DNA of 64,000 bases from Eledone cirrhosa (GCA_964016885.1 OZ024758.1:32364001-32428000), one strand, 5' to 3'. Positions 1 through 12,358 are shown, numbered from the stretch's first letter. Made by a program: numbers and translations. The notes: generated from the sequence alone by a model not told the origin.

Positions 1-263
1 ACTACGATAGAACCTATCATTGCACATCTTATAGTAGCTTTACACAATTTGGCTTAGTGTTAGAGGTCATTACCTCCCTCCCTCAGCATGCCCCTCCGTC
101 AGTTACCCGCGTTTCTCAGTGATAGAGGTCATTACCACCCTCCCCCGCATGGCCTGTGTGTGGCCATAGATGAGTCATCGAGAAGCAGTCGCTAAGATCA
201 ACACCTTTTCATCAAAGCAGATATTATTTTACCTACCCAGGCAACGCTGGGTACTGCTGCTAG
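1..263 (+). mobile_element. Helitron 3' end (non-autonomous, cut by window start)
   Basis: Hairpin ACCCAG-gcaacg-CTGGGT (235-252), then CTAG (260-263) and a T, the canonical Helitron 3' terminus. Internal ~60-bp duplication at 55-150. Confidence 0.7.
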
Positions 264-264
264 T

Positions 265-700
265 ATATTATAAACTAAGATAGAATACAATAACCAAAAC
301 ACAGTCATCCAAACGTGAACACAAACACCGGACACTATACACATACGCAGAGAAGAAGACAAAAATAAACAGATAAAATAAAATTAGAGTAGACATACAA
401 TACAACAGGAGGAAACATAATAGTACCACTGATGATGTTGCAGATGTGCAACGAAAGAACTTTGTTAGACTATATATATGTATTTATATCTGTATTTTTG
501 GCTGTTGGTCAGTCAATGATAAAGATTGATTGCCAAATAAATTAACTGTGTAGATATAAAAGATACAGAGGTGAAAACCAACCAAACAGTGAGTGTGTTC
601 TGTTATTATTTCAGGCAATATTATTACAACATATTACAAGTATAACAATATAACAATATCTGTTTCGACACACGATTTCATATCAAAAACTTCGCAAAAC
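265..700 (+). mobile_element. PLE 3'/pLTR remnant related to 62780-63220
   Basis: Shares long blocks with the region after the PLE ORF ending at 62715 (gtagacatacaat..., ccactga(t/c)gatgttgcagatgtgcaacga, aaccaaccaaacagtgagtgtgttctgtta). Confidence 0.7.
423..456 (+). ncRNA. Degenerate hammerhead ribozyme core
   Basis: CTGATGA-t-GTTGCA-gatg-TGCAAC-GAAA. Stems I and III could not be closed convincingly. Confidence 0.45.
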
Positions 701-764
701 TATATATATATATATAAGGAAAAGAAATCGAAAATGCAACTGGAGTCTTCTTAAGAATATTTGT

Positions 765-805
765 TACCTTTACCGGTTTCACAGTTCTTCTGCTTTTCAA
801 AAGTA
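765..805 (-). ncRNA. Degenerate minimal hammerhead ribozyme
   Basis: Minus strand tactt-TTGAAAA-gcag aagaa ctgt-GAAA-CCGG-TA-aaggta. Core has two substitutions from CTGAAGA; palindromic CCGG loop III. Confidence 0.45.
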
Positions 806-877
806 GAGCTAAGTTGGAGGGTTTGTGGTTTTTCTCGCAACTGTACATATATATATATGTACATATTATTATATATC

Positions 878-1141
878 ATCATCATCATCACCGTTTTATG
901 TCCGTTTTTCAACGCTAGCATGGGTTAGACGGGTTGTCCTGTTGTGGGCAGTGACCGGTTGGCTGACCATGCCTTGCTCATATGGGAACTGATTCTGGCT
1001 TGATTTCTACAGCTGGATGCCCTTCCTAACACCAACCCCATTTACAGTGAGTGCTGGGTGCTTTTTTTCCGTGGCACCTCCACGTCTACTTTACAGTGTG
1101 GGCTGGGAGCTTATTTGCCGTGGCACGACCACTTTGCAGTG
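878..1141 (-). mobile_element. SINE body/tail fragment (family related to 1428-1776)
   Basis: Reverse complement of the gttggtgttaggaagggcatccagctgtagaaa block and a (CAT)n tail. Confidence 0.7.
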
Positions 1142-1411
1142 GGAGGGTATAATAGGGATAAGTTATGGAGTGCAGGAGAGAAGGCTGAGATGGTATGGAC
1201 ATGTGATGTGCATGGAGGATGTCCGCTGGGTAAAGAAGTGCCAAAAAATCCCAGTAGAAGGAAGACGCGGAGGTGGTAAGAGCAGATATCAGATCACTGA
1301 ATCTCACAGATGAGATGACAAAGGACTATGACGAATGGAGACATGCCGTGCTTAATAAGACCCGTCCCACCCTTGCAAGCAGGGAAAAGCGGATGTAAAA
1401 TGATGATGTTG
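1142..1411 (+). mobile_element. RTE-clade LINE 3' fragment
   Basis: Encodes VQERRLRWYGHVM...VEGRRGGG, typical of RTE C-termini. Ends gcggatgtaaaatgatgatg. Confidence 0.75.
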
Positions 1412-1427
1412 ATAAAATGTATACATG

Positions 1428-1776
1428 TGGAGGCACATGGCTTAGTGGTTAGAGCATTGGGCTTGCAATCGAAAGGTTGTGAGTTCAATTCTCAGACCGG
1501 GTGATGTGTTGTTTCCTTGAGCAAGACACTTTATTTCACATTGCTCCAGTTTACTCAGCTGTAGAAATGAGATTATAGGGACTGGGGTCCCTATCATTCC
1601 ACTGCAAAGAGGACGTGGAGGCGCCACGGAAAAAAAGCACCCAGCCCACACTGTAAATGAGGTTGGTGTTAGGAAGGGCATCCAGCTGTAGAAATCAAGC
1701 CAGAATCAGTTCCTGTCCCACCCTTGCAAGCAGGGAAAAGCAGACGTAAAATGATGATGATGATGATGATGATGAT
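1428..1776 (+). mobile_element. tRNA-derived CORE-type SINE with RTE-like tail (family A)
   Basis: A box TGGCTTAGTGG, B box GTTCAATTC, CORE-like ccttgagcaagacacttta...ctcagctgtagaaatgag, tail matching the RTE 3' end at 1364-1408, (ATG)n terminus. Confidence 0.85.
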
Positions 1777-1859
1777 ATATATATATAAAACACACAAATA
1801 TATATATAAATAAAACATATATACATATATATATATATATGGTTTCTAAAGGCAATATT

Positions 1860-2110
1860 TGATCATAATGTTTTTGAAATATCTACTTCTGCATCCACAG
1901 ATTGATTTTTCTCAATTTCAGATGATCCGCTTAGAGTGAAAGCAGAAATCATTTGCTCAAACTTTCAATCTGTACTATAAGTAAATATTTGCTCTATGGA
2001 TTTATATAGGGAAAATCGGATGTAAAATGATGATGATGATATATATATATACACACATACATACACAATTCTTATTATGTCCTCTTTGGATTTTGGTCTT
2101 TGTATTTAAC
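1860..2110 (+). mobile_element. Solo diverged pLTR of the PLE family at 7050-10558
   Basis: Homologous to 10350-10545; contains an HHR-like fold at 1914-1963. Confidence 0.75.
1914..1963 (+). ncRNA. Hammerhead-like fold, CAGA core variant (diverged copy)
   Basis: aattt-CAGATGA-tccgcttagagt-GAAA-gcaga aatca tttgc-TC-aaact. CUC triplet; stem II decayed. Confidence 0.5.
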
Positions 2111-2213
2111 ATATGAAAATGTTAAAGTCCTCACAATTTCATCAATTGAAACAGCCAGCATCCTCCTAGTTTAGCTCACAAAAATCTGCGGGACTAGAAA
2201 AATCCACATCTAA

Positions 2214-2318
2214 GCTGGTACAGTACTGTTTCAAATTCCATGGAGAATCTACTGGTCATCAATTAATAGTAAATCCATAACCAGCAAGTTTCAGATAATG
2301 GAATTCTCATCAGCCAGC
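2214..2318 (-). ncRNA. Type I hammerhead ribozyme with extended stem II
   Basis: Minus strand gctgg-CTGATGA-gaattccat...atggaattt-GAAA-cag ta ctg-TA-ccagc. 5-bp stem I, 9-bp stem II, intact core, GUA triplet. Confidence 0.8.
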
Positions 2319-3269
2319 AGTTGAATGAGAGATTTCCAAAAATCGACACCTTACTACTAAATTTATATACAAATATATAAATTAATCTACTAAGAAGTCG
2401 CAATGAAATTATACAAATAGAAATTAGTTTTGAAAAATCTTAGATGCTATCATTCATGTTGATTTGAAACAAGAATGATAGTCTATACATAAATGATCTG
2501 ACATATATTTCTATTTAACATGTGATTTAATGTGGAATACTTTGGAGAAAAAGAAAAAAAATCAACAACAAGAACCAGACGATATCAGACATTATTAGAA
2601 CTGTTTAGATTTAACCAACCATATTCTGTTATAAACACATCAGGGGAAAAACTGTGCAGCTTTGCACAATAATCAGGTAGGAAGGAGAAACGAGACCGAT
2701 AATATGTTTATTAGTAGTAGTTTACGAGTAGAAAGATTTTTTTTTATTGCCTAAGGAAAGATTTTGCTAAGAGAATTATACTGATTCCAAAATGAGAAAT
2801 ATGATTAATTAATGTATTTAGTTTTCAAACATTTTACATTAATTTCCCATGCTAAAAAATGCTGGACATCTACAAAAAATGTTTAGATAAAGTGTTTTAA
2901 TGCTTTTGTGACCATATTTCTAATGAAATAAACTGCCTATGGGGTTCCATTCATTTTGAAAATAACCAAGAGGTGTTTAGAACATAACTTACTGAATTTT
3001 TTATGAACCGTTTAAATTTAGATATGAACAATTCAAAATGGGCAATTTTCTATCAAAGAACCAAGGATAGTATAAAATAGATTGATATCAAGAGTGTTAA
3101 TTGAATGGCCCTTATAATACTATTCCATATATGATGTATGACCCAGTTAAATGCTTGAAGAGAAGAGTACAATTCAATTCAACCACCATATATGTTAAGT
3201 TTTATTTTATTAACTCTAAATCAAACGAGAATGTTAAGCAACAAATGTAAATAAATTTTCCAGTTAATT

Positions 3270-3505
3270 AATACAAGCGGCTGAAATAGGATTCCTCCAT
3301 GTGGTTAGAATATCTCATGGAAGAATCACTGGAGACACAGGGGTAGAACCCGAGCAAGATGGTTGAATAACCTCTATGAGTTTGGCTGGTCTCGCTTAGG
3401 GATCCAGTTGGATTAATTGATGGTGGTTGCTTCTGACAGGACCTGCTGGAATGAATGTTTGAGGACTTTGCTCCCACAACATCTCCCAGGAATGAGGATG
3501 AGAAG
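3270..3505 (+). mobile_element. Old RTE-like LINE 3' remnant
   Basis: Fragmentary QAAEIGF and GRTRARWLNNLYEFGWSRLGIQ; related copy on the minus strand at 18815-19165. Confidence 0.55.
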
Positions 3506-4369
3506 ATTTTATGTATATTTATATCTAAAAAAGTGTTTGAAAATGGGTAAATGAAGGTTCATAGATAAGTGAAACTGTGGTGTAAGCTGTTTAAATAAAT
3601 AGCAATAATCTGAAATGGATTCAAAGTGATATAACATGAGAAATAGAAATGAAAAATGTTTGATTAGTTTCAAACATTACCAGTGATCATCAGACTTTAT
3701 GGGAACTAGTAAGCAGGTAATCAAACAAATTGACCTTTATATGTAATAAGGACAAGAATTACTGATGTATAGTGAATGGTGTTAAGGAGATTTTGATGAG
3801 GTTTGAATCATATATGAGCTCATGATCTTAGTAAGTATCAAGGGAGATAAACCTTGATGTATAGTGATGTTAAGGAGATTTTGATGAAGTTTGACCATAT
3901 ATGAGCTCTTGATCTATGTAACAAGGGGGATAAACCTTGATGTATATTGATGGTAATGAGACTGTTGAACTCTTTGAGAATTAAAATAAAAACAACAAAA
4001 TAATAATTGAAGTAAATTGGAGAACACAAAATAAGCTAGATCTAATTTTATACTCAAGCAAAGATATACACATATGTTCATTCAACTAACCACTATTAAT
4101 TTTGATCGCGTGAGTGTGTATGTGTGTGTACATACACACACATACAAATTCACACAAACTCACACATGCATACATACCTACATACATACATATATATGTA
4201 CATATACATAAGCCAAATTTGCTTTAAATACACAGAATGAAACTTGCAAAATTCCAAACAGATATAAAGACATGGGGGTGATATATTTTCACTGGATACA
4301 TGACTTAGAAAACAGAAAAAAGAGAAGGGTGGGGGTAAAGTGTTTGGAAAGACAAGTGATGGTACTTAC

Positions 4370-4405
4370 AAGGAGGCACCAATGCTGGCTATGCTGGATT
4401 TGCGC
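4370..4405 (-). CDS. Candidate 36-nt host micro-exon (RKSSIASIGAS, phase 2)
   Basis: Pyrimidine-rich upstream sequence, AAG acceptor, strong GTAAGT donor, length divisible by 3, not in a recognisable repeat. Confidence 0.4.
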
Positions 4406-4985
4406 CTTATATCCAGAAATTATGGAAGTGGTGAAGGACAGAAAATAGAAAGTGAAGTGAATTAAGTGACTGAAATTGAAAAATGATTATGAATTTCTGT
4501 TTGAAAAGTGATTAAAAAAAAAAAGGATAGAAATATGATAAAGGAAAGGAAACCATATCTGTCAAGATATTAGGAATCATATATGTTAACTTATGATTAT
4601 TATGCTGAGGAGATGACAGAAAATTGTTGATTACTGACTACAATAGGTAAAATATAACTCTGAGAAAAAAGGTGATAATTTAAATTAAAAGTATCTCCTT
4701 GAAACCTATCTGAAACATCTTTCATTCATTTGTGATGTAATATATATATACACATAAGTTAATTCTACAAGTTTTTGCCTTATTCTCTAAATATGAAATG
4801 ACATCTCACCAAGAATTATTATTCCTTCATTGAAATTCAAACATAATGTTGGTGCAATCATAAACTGAAGTGAAACGGTCTTAAATAATGATACCAGCCT
4901 GTTTAAAATGTTTGATGGATTATCAAAATCAATGGCGAAATTAGCTCAGAATTGAGGATGAAGTAAAATAACCGTTTCTAAGGCT

Positions 4986-5680
4986 GTGAGACAAAACATC
5001 CATATGAAATTGTATGTGAGGAAGCACTGTAGCATCCTAACTATCCACTCCAAAGCCATTCGAGCTGTAAGAAGTCCCAAATTTCTTAGTCATCTGAAAT
5101 ATTGTGGTGGGGATGTCCGCATCTTGGTGGATGAAAAAAAGTTCATGGTAGACGAAGTTGCAAACCGTCAAAATTCACGAGTGATAGCATATGACCCTTC
5201 CCAAGTTCATTCAGCTATGCATAGCAAGAATCCGGCTTCCATTATGGTCTTTGGAGCTGTTGCAAGTGATGGGAAATTGATGCCTCTTCATATTATTGAA
5301 ACGGGTCTTAAAATCAACACTGCAGAGTATCTCAAAATCTTTTGTTGGCCTTGGATTAGGAAGCATTATGATGCAAGTCGAGTCATGTTTGTACAGAACT
5401 CTGTGCCTGCCCATTCTTTGAAAAGAGAACAAAACTTTTTGAAGAAGGAATTGCCCATGTTTGTACCTAAAGATATCTGGCCTGCTAGTTTGCCAGACTT
5501 AAATCTGTGTCATTTTTGGCTATGGGCACAGTTGAAGCAATATCCAACACAACTTCTCACAACTGTCTTCACTGAGCATTTGGTAAAACGAAAAGGAAGA
5601 AATAGTTAAGGCATGCGCATCATTTCGTAAACAGATTAAACTGGTAAAGAAAGCAAATGGCGGCTACATTGAACTGAAAT
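4986..5680 (+). pseudogene. Decayed Tc1/mariner transposase (DD37D/maT-like)
   Basis: DEKKF, IMVFGAVASDG, KINTAEYL, QNSVPAH (from QDxAPAH) and WPASLPDLNLCHF (from WPxxSPDLNPxD). Frameshifted; TIRs not confidently matched. Confidence 0.85.
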
Positions 5681-5814
5681 AAGTGATAAAAACTCTACAA
5701 AAAATTGGCATAAACATAAAATTTGCAGTATTTGATTTTTTCCAGTTATACCAATTATAATAAAGATATTTAAATAGTCCCAATTTACCTGTTACACACA
5801 CACATACACACACA

Positions 5815-5847
<33 letters not shown>

Positions 5848-6104
5848 ACAGAGCGTTGTAGCTTGATTGAAGCATTATTGTTGAATAGGAAACACAAATT
5901 TAAATAATTTTGAAAACCAAACAATGCACTAGAAAGAAAATTAAAATTGCTAAGATAACAAAAGAATCTTACCGTAGCAAATTTAATAATCACAAATATT
6001 TTCAAGTTTAAAAACCCATTATCAAGAAAATTACACTGATGTTTTAATGATTTGACAGGAGTATAAATATACATTGTTCCTTCTCGCTCCTTTTAAGATA
6101 GAAG

Positions 6105-6262
6105 TGGACACAGTATATCTAAATGGTTAAGAAGTTCACTTGACAATCATTAGGTCCCAGGTGCAATCTCATAGCATGGCATCTTGAACAGGTGTCATTT
6201 ACCATAGCCCTATGCCTTGTGAGTGTAATTGAGTAGACAGAGGGGTTTTGGAAACCCATTAG
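6105..6262 (+). mobile_element. Old tRNA-derived SINE
   Basis: Degenerate A/B boxes (aatggttaagaagttc, ggtgcaatctc) followed by a CORE-like cttgaacaggtgtc. Confidence 0.5.
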
Positions 6263-6389
6263 ATGGACTGTATGTTGTAATTGAAAGGATCAGCCATATC
6301 ACACTGTCATACCAAATCACCATGACAATTACAGGGTCAACATGTCCATGGAATACTCAGCTACATTAATTTCATGAATAGGTGGATTG

Positions 6390-6575
6390 GTGGATTGGCA
6401 GTATCGGTAGAAGGTCGGACGCCATGCTTTCCAGCATAGTTACGTCCCTTTACTATCTGAGTTCAAATCCCGCCGAGGTTGACTTTGCCTTTCATCCTTA
6501 CGAGGTCGATAAAATAAAGTACCAGTAATGCACTGGGTAATTGCTGGCCTTGTGCCTAAAGTAGAAACAATTAAT
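6390..6575 (+). mobile_element. SINE family C
   Basis: tggcagtatcggtag...gagttcaaatccc...gtcgataaaataaagtaccag...ggccttgtgcctaaagtagaaac. Other copies at about 20330-20457(-), 23905-24075(-), 24753-24938(-), 28122-28300(+), 41153-41350(-), 41758-41955(-), 45623-45812(-). Confidence 0.8.
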
Positions 6576-7139
6576 TTCATAAATAGGTTACACCATTGAT
6601 TGAACAGAAACCAACAGAGGCACATTTCATGTATCTTAGAAGGTTGTTTGGGGACCTCAAAAGCATTCTTTTTTTCAATCTCACTCACCATAAAACCCTC
6701 ATAAACTAACACATAAAAACATTCTCCTGATGTTTTATCACCTAATAACTGACATTCAAACTTTGTTAACACTCATGAGCATGAATAATGAAGTCACTTT
6801 GTAACAATGTTGACATACAAGAAACTAATACAACACAATAACCCTCTCTTTACTCTCATAATCTCTACTGTAGAATCCAAATGCACAATCAAATTCTCAT
6901 GCTATATTACTAAAATAGTTCCAGTGTAACTCTCTTTTTCCCAAACCTGGAAAGTCGACAGGAAGTATTAACAAACCACATGAAAGTGTTTATACATATA
7001 ATACAGGTTGAACTTGAAACCTAAGTGTTATAAACTTTGAATACGCTTTTGGTTGTAATGTTTTTTGAAATATTTACTTCTGCGTCTACAGATTAATGGG
7101 TTTATATATACATATATATTTATTAAAATAACAGATTAA

Positions 7140-7190
7140 AGTTTAAGTAAAGAATCGCTGCTTTCACCCTTAATGGGATCTTCTGAAACT
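7140..7190 (-). ncRNA. Hammerhead-like fold, CAGA variant (inverted pLTR copy)
   Basis: agttt-CAGAAGA-tccc attaa gggt-GAAA-gcag cgattct ttac-TT-aaact. Confidence 0.55.
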
Positions 7191-7329
7191 AAAAAAAAAA
7201 AAAAATCTGTGAACGCAGAAGTAAATATTTCGAAAAATGTTGCTCTCTTTGGATTTTAGTCTTCACATTTATTATTATTACTATTTGGCTCCCTCAGTTG
7301 AGCACTCTATTGACTTATATTCAAAATCT

Positions 7330-9080
7330 GAATATTTCTACAAAGAACATACCAGTACCTAGCAGCAAGACATAACATATTTAAAACGTCTTATACAAAA
7401 AACGAATTTGTTCCTTAAAAGGTTGTGTTGGCGTGCCTTTTATTTCGATAACCAGGAAAAAGCGGACAATAAACAGGAAAAATTTGGGTTTAAAACTTAT
7501 AATAACCCTCCGAGTAACCCAGCTTTGTTACCTTTCGAAAACGATGTCTTGGAGCTCATACGGAGTATCAAATTTCGGAACAGGAGCAATCCTTCCAACA
7601 GGACCTGAAGAATAGAATTTGTTCTATTAAGGATTCTAATGCCGTGCACGTCCACTCCGACAAAACTGGTAATCTATATCAAGTGGAGAGCAGTACATAC
7701 CATCAACTGCTACATAATGCTGTAACCAAGGATTACCGGATAATCGATCGGAGTGTCATTAATGACATAACGATGCTGGGTTTAAAATCACTTCAGAACT
7801 CAACATCCAGGATAGATTTCTCCCCACTTTACCCTGAAAGATCACAAACCCAATTTCACTAACAACCCTTCTATTCAGCTAATTAACCCTACAAAGTCTG
7901 ATTTCGGTAGACTTAGTAAAAGAATTTTAGATAGAATTATACCTGAAATTAGAAGCTTGGGCCCTCTTGCACTGTGGAATAATTCTTTCGCGGTCATTGA
8001 TTGGTTCAATGGCATATGCAACAAGGAACATTGCCGTTTTATCCAATTCGACATCAATAATTACTACTCCTCCATCACTTCTTCTTAGAGCTATCAATTT
8101 CGCTAAAATGCTCACGGTGGTTAAGGATTTCGAAGTTGATGTCATCCTCAATACTCGTAAGTCGATGATTAATTTCGATGACTCTATTTGGATAAAAAAA
8201 TCTAATAGTACCCCAACGACATGAGTATGGGCGCCAGCGATTCGGAGGAGGTTACAGATCTTATCGGCCTTTTCCTTATTTTCTCTATCAAGGAAGAATC
8301 CCCCAATGTGGGCGGTAGCTTGTACCGTGATGATGGTCTTTTGACCATGACTAAGTGCGACAGGATTAGAAAAGAACTCACAGCTTTCTTTAACGGCTTC
8401 AACCTCTCGGTCGTTACCCTCAATTTACACGTATAGAAAGCCGAATGAAATGCTTAAAATCTTTCTCTCTCTAATTAAGAAGCATTTCCCCTCAGCACAT
8501 AAATATAACATTTTTAATAGAAATACCGTTAAAATATCTTACTCCACAACTCCTAACCTTGCACATAACATCACTGCTTCAAATTTAGCTAAATTACCTA
8601 GCCGTAGGAACATGTGCAACCCTGTAGTTAGTACTAACTGTAATTGTAGGAATCGGGTTGACTGCCCCCTATCTGGGAAATGCCTCTCCAGTAACATTGT
8701 CTACAAATGTAAGCTCGATACACCCACGTCTAGTAGAGCCTACATAGGGTTAATCGCCAATAGATTCAAGCAGCGTCTTTACATGCACACCGATTCTTTT
8801 CTTAACCCTTTAAGAAAGAATATGACGTCACTTTCAGCTTATATCTGGGGTCTAAAAGACAACCACACCCAATATAGGTTATACTGGGAGATCCTAGCTA
8901 AAGCTAGATCATATAATGGAAATAAAAGACCATGCAATCTTTGCGCCTCTGAAGCCCTGGAAATACTCTACGCCAAAGACCAGATCAAATCTGAGGCAAT
9001 CTGAGGCAATTTTGGATTGTAAACACAAATTGCATAAAACTTTCCTGTATTACAGCCCCACATTATATCCTAACAGATAG
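7330..9080 (+). pseudogene. Frameshifted PLE RT-GIY-YIG ORF
   Basis: STKNIP...KRLCWRAF, LINPTKSDFG, QFDINNYY, MGASDSEEVTDLIG, LYRDDGL, CNCRNRVDCPLSGKC linker, IVYKC...YIG...FKQR, CNLC...CKH. Confidence 0.9.
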
Positions 9081-9124
9081 TACGAACAACACGCGGATAA
9101 TTTACGTCTTGATGTAGTAGCTAA

Positions 9125-10075
9125 GTATATGTTATGTTTATACCATTACTTAATTGTATAGGTAAGTATATATTACACATGTTTTGTGAAGGTACGTATA
9201 CTTTCTCGTATGTATATATGCTTGTATTTGTTATAGGTGTATATATTATATTATATATACTGGTATATGTGTATATGGTTCTGTGTATTTTGTGTTTGTG
9301 TATGTATATTAGTATGCGTATATGTGTGTATATTTTGTATATTTATGTGTATATCGTATATATATGTATATATGTGTGTGTGCATGTACATACATGTGTG
9401 TGTGCGTGTGGATGTGTGTGGATGTATGTGTATGTACATATTATATTTGTTTATTTGTGTGTGGATTTATATAGATATTTATATATATGTGGGTGTATAT
9501 GTGTATATATATGTGTGTATATGTATGTGGGTGTATATGTATACATATATTTGTGTATATGTGTATATATATGTATGTGTATATATATATATATGGATTC
9601 ATTGGGTATGTGTATGAGTTGCTGTATGTTTGTATATGCGGGTGAGTGTGTATATGCATATATATATTTCTGTATATATGTATGTTGGTATTTAAAAATT
9701 TTTTTTATACACACATATATGTATGTATATGGGTATGTATGAGTGTGTATGTGTGTTTGCACGTATGTATGGTGTGTATATGTGCACATAGGGTCTGGTA
9801 TATGTACGTTTGGTGAACATATGTGTATTTAGCTGTAGGTATATCTGTGTCCGTTATATACGCATTTATGCCTGTATATTTATATATGTATATATAATTA
9901 TATGTATACACACACATATATATTTATGTGTATTTGGTGTATATGTCCGTATGTGTGCGGGTATATGTGTCGCGCCGGTTTACGTATGTGTACGTACATG
10001 TAGATGCATGCATGGCGGGTGTTTTCGCGTATGCACATGTATGTACGTATATAGATGCGTGTATGTATATATTTA
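9125..10075. repeat. Compound (TA/TG)n low-complexity tract in the PLE 3' region
   Basis: Directly visible; overlapping ORFs are Y/I/C/V/M artefacts. Confidence 0.9.
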
Positions 10076-10395
10076 ATTATTATTACTTTAATGATTGTAA
10101 TAACCTCTGTCATTTTCGTTCTACTAATTTATTTAGATTATTCTTAACTCTGAAGCCGAGAATCATTCGGTTTCCTAAATAGAATATTAGTCTACGACTC
10201 CATTTATACCATAAATGTGGTTTTGTCTTTGTGTGTAATTGTTCTCATCGCTCCACATAATGACGTATTATCTTCGTTTTGTTTCCGTTCGTTGCCAGGG
10301 AATGTCTTCACGAACCAAAGTATCGTCTTCCTGTTTTCCTTCGGTTGTAACGTTTTTTGAAATATTTACTTCTGTGTTCACAGATTGATTTTTTT

Positions 10396-10446
10396 AGTTT
10401 CAGAAGATCCCGTTAAGGGTGAAAGCAGCGATTCTTTGCTTAAACT
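10396..10446 (+). ncRNA. Hammerhead-like fold, CAGA variant
   Basis: agttt-CAGAAGA-tccc gttaa gggt-GAAA-gcag cgattct ttgc-TT-aaact; all three stems close. Confidence 0.65.
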
Positions 10447-10623
10447 TTAATCTGTTATTTTAATAAATATTTGCTCTTGGGTTCTTATATATTTGATATA
10501 TATTTTTCCTTATCGAACCCTCTTTGGATTTTAGTCTTCACATTTATTATTATTATTATATATATACAATCCTTATCGAGCCTTCTTCAGATTCTGGTCT
10601 TCGTAATTATCATTACTATATAC

Positions 10624-10659
<36 letters not shown>

Positions 10660-10665
<6 letters not shown>

Positions 10666-10890
10666 GAATGTTATATATATATATAATAGAATGTTATATA
10701 TATATATAATAGAATGTTATATATATATATAATAGAATGTTATATATATATATAATAGAATATTGTTATATATATATATAATAGAATAATGTTATATATA
10801 TATATATATATATAATAGAATATTATATATATATATATATATATATAAGAGAATGTTATATATATATCTATATATATAATAGAATGTTGT
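10660..10890. repeat. Minisatellite aatagaatgt(ta)n
   Basis: About 9-10 imperfect units. Confidence 0.85.
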
Positions 10891-11671
10891 AGTTTGCTTG
10901 AAGCATTGTGTATAGTTTAAGAAGGCTAAGACAATGTGAAATGGACAGTAAAATGAAGGCAACAAAAAGTTTGTTACCTGAGATTTATTATTATTATGTT
11001 TTGTCCTAATATTTCAAGATGTGGGAAACTCTCAGAGTAAAATGTTCGAGTTTTATCGTTTTGAAATTTGATTATTTCAAAGCGATAAAACTTGAATGTT
11101 TTACTCCGAGAGTTGCTCATACCTTCATGAGTGGATTTTTAAGTCCCAAAATATTAGGACAAAAAATAAAAGATAATAATAATATATCCCAGATAACCTT
11201 TTTTTTGCCTTCATTTATAGTCCGTTTTGCATTGTTTTAACCTATCATTTTCTACTTTATATACATATATATATATGTTATTTTTATAGTTATCAATTTT
11301 TCGAATTACACCACCCTGGTTATTAGGCTTCTCCCTTAACCTATCACATATCATTCTCTCTCTCTCATTCATTCATTCTGGAAGCCAGACACAGATTTCT
11401 GATTTCTGAAAGGCTACATGGATTCCTAATTACTTTCAGCCTGTCTCCAGTTCATCTGTAGATATTATTTCTCCTCTCACGCAGGTATCTGCCTTCCTTC
11501 CTCCTCAACTTCAAAATGTCCTGTTTTATTGCTGTTATTCCTAAATCTCCTATGATGATATACGTGTGCTGGCTGCCTATCTCACAATTTCCCTTCCACC
11601 CACCCCCACTCACCACCATAGGCAATTCGACCAATCAAACCTCAACCCATTATCAGCCCCAACAAACACTG

Positions 11672-11709
<38 letters not shown>

Positions 11710-12326
11710 GCACTCCTAGCCCTTAGCAGCCCCAACAAACTCTGCCATTACTACTACTGTCCTTCTAGCCCTGCACTAAATAATAATAATTCCTTTACTA
11801 ATAGTAATAATAATAATTCCTTTACTATAACATTAATAGTAGAAGTAGTACCATAGTAGATAGCATTAGTAACATTAGTAGTAGTACAGTATAAAGTAGT
11901 AACAAGTACATATATATTTTATTCTGTAATCCAGAATTAGGTTTGATGGTAGTGGAAACCTTTGTTAACATAAAACTGTCTTGCTGTAGAACAGCAAAAC
12001 ATAACATTTTCCACTTCTGTTTTATTTTCATCATTAGAGATCAGAGTTAAGTTAAACCTGAGTATTAAACACAGACAGAAAGTAATAACAGATTAGAGAT
12101 TACATTACAGTCTTTTCTTGTCTCTTTTATTTATTGTTCTGTATTGCAATCAATGTCATACAGTCAATGAAGATAATTAATATTGGAGTAATATACGACT
12201 AGACATGAATCCAATATTCCAAACTTTGCTTAGTAGTAGTAGTAATAGTAATAATAATACTGCTCATACCCAAGGTGCACAGAGCTGTGCTCGGTAAAAA
12301 AGTAATGATGTGCAATAAAAACAGTG

Positions 12327-12358
<32 letters not shown>

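Larger units (their letters stand above)
7050..10558 (+). mobile_element. Penelope-like element (Naiad-type) with direct and inverted pLTR pieces
   Basis: RT + GIY-YIG relic. The pLTR at ~10290-10558 is repeated upstream as direct (7050-7095, 7244-7280) and inverted (7120-7243) pieces. Confidence 0.9.

Noticed and set aside
1434-1505. tRNA gene
   Set aside because: tRNA-like head continues into CORE and tail in multiple copies, so it is a SINE; acceptor stem not intact.
1442-1681. Conserved 79-aa protein repeated three times (MPFLTPT...)
   Set aside because: Antisense reading of SINE family A.
9134-10182. Y/I/C/V-rich ORFs (also 21.6k, 32k, 43k, 60k, 63k)
   Set aside because: Microsatellite artefacts.
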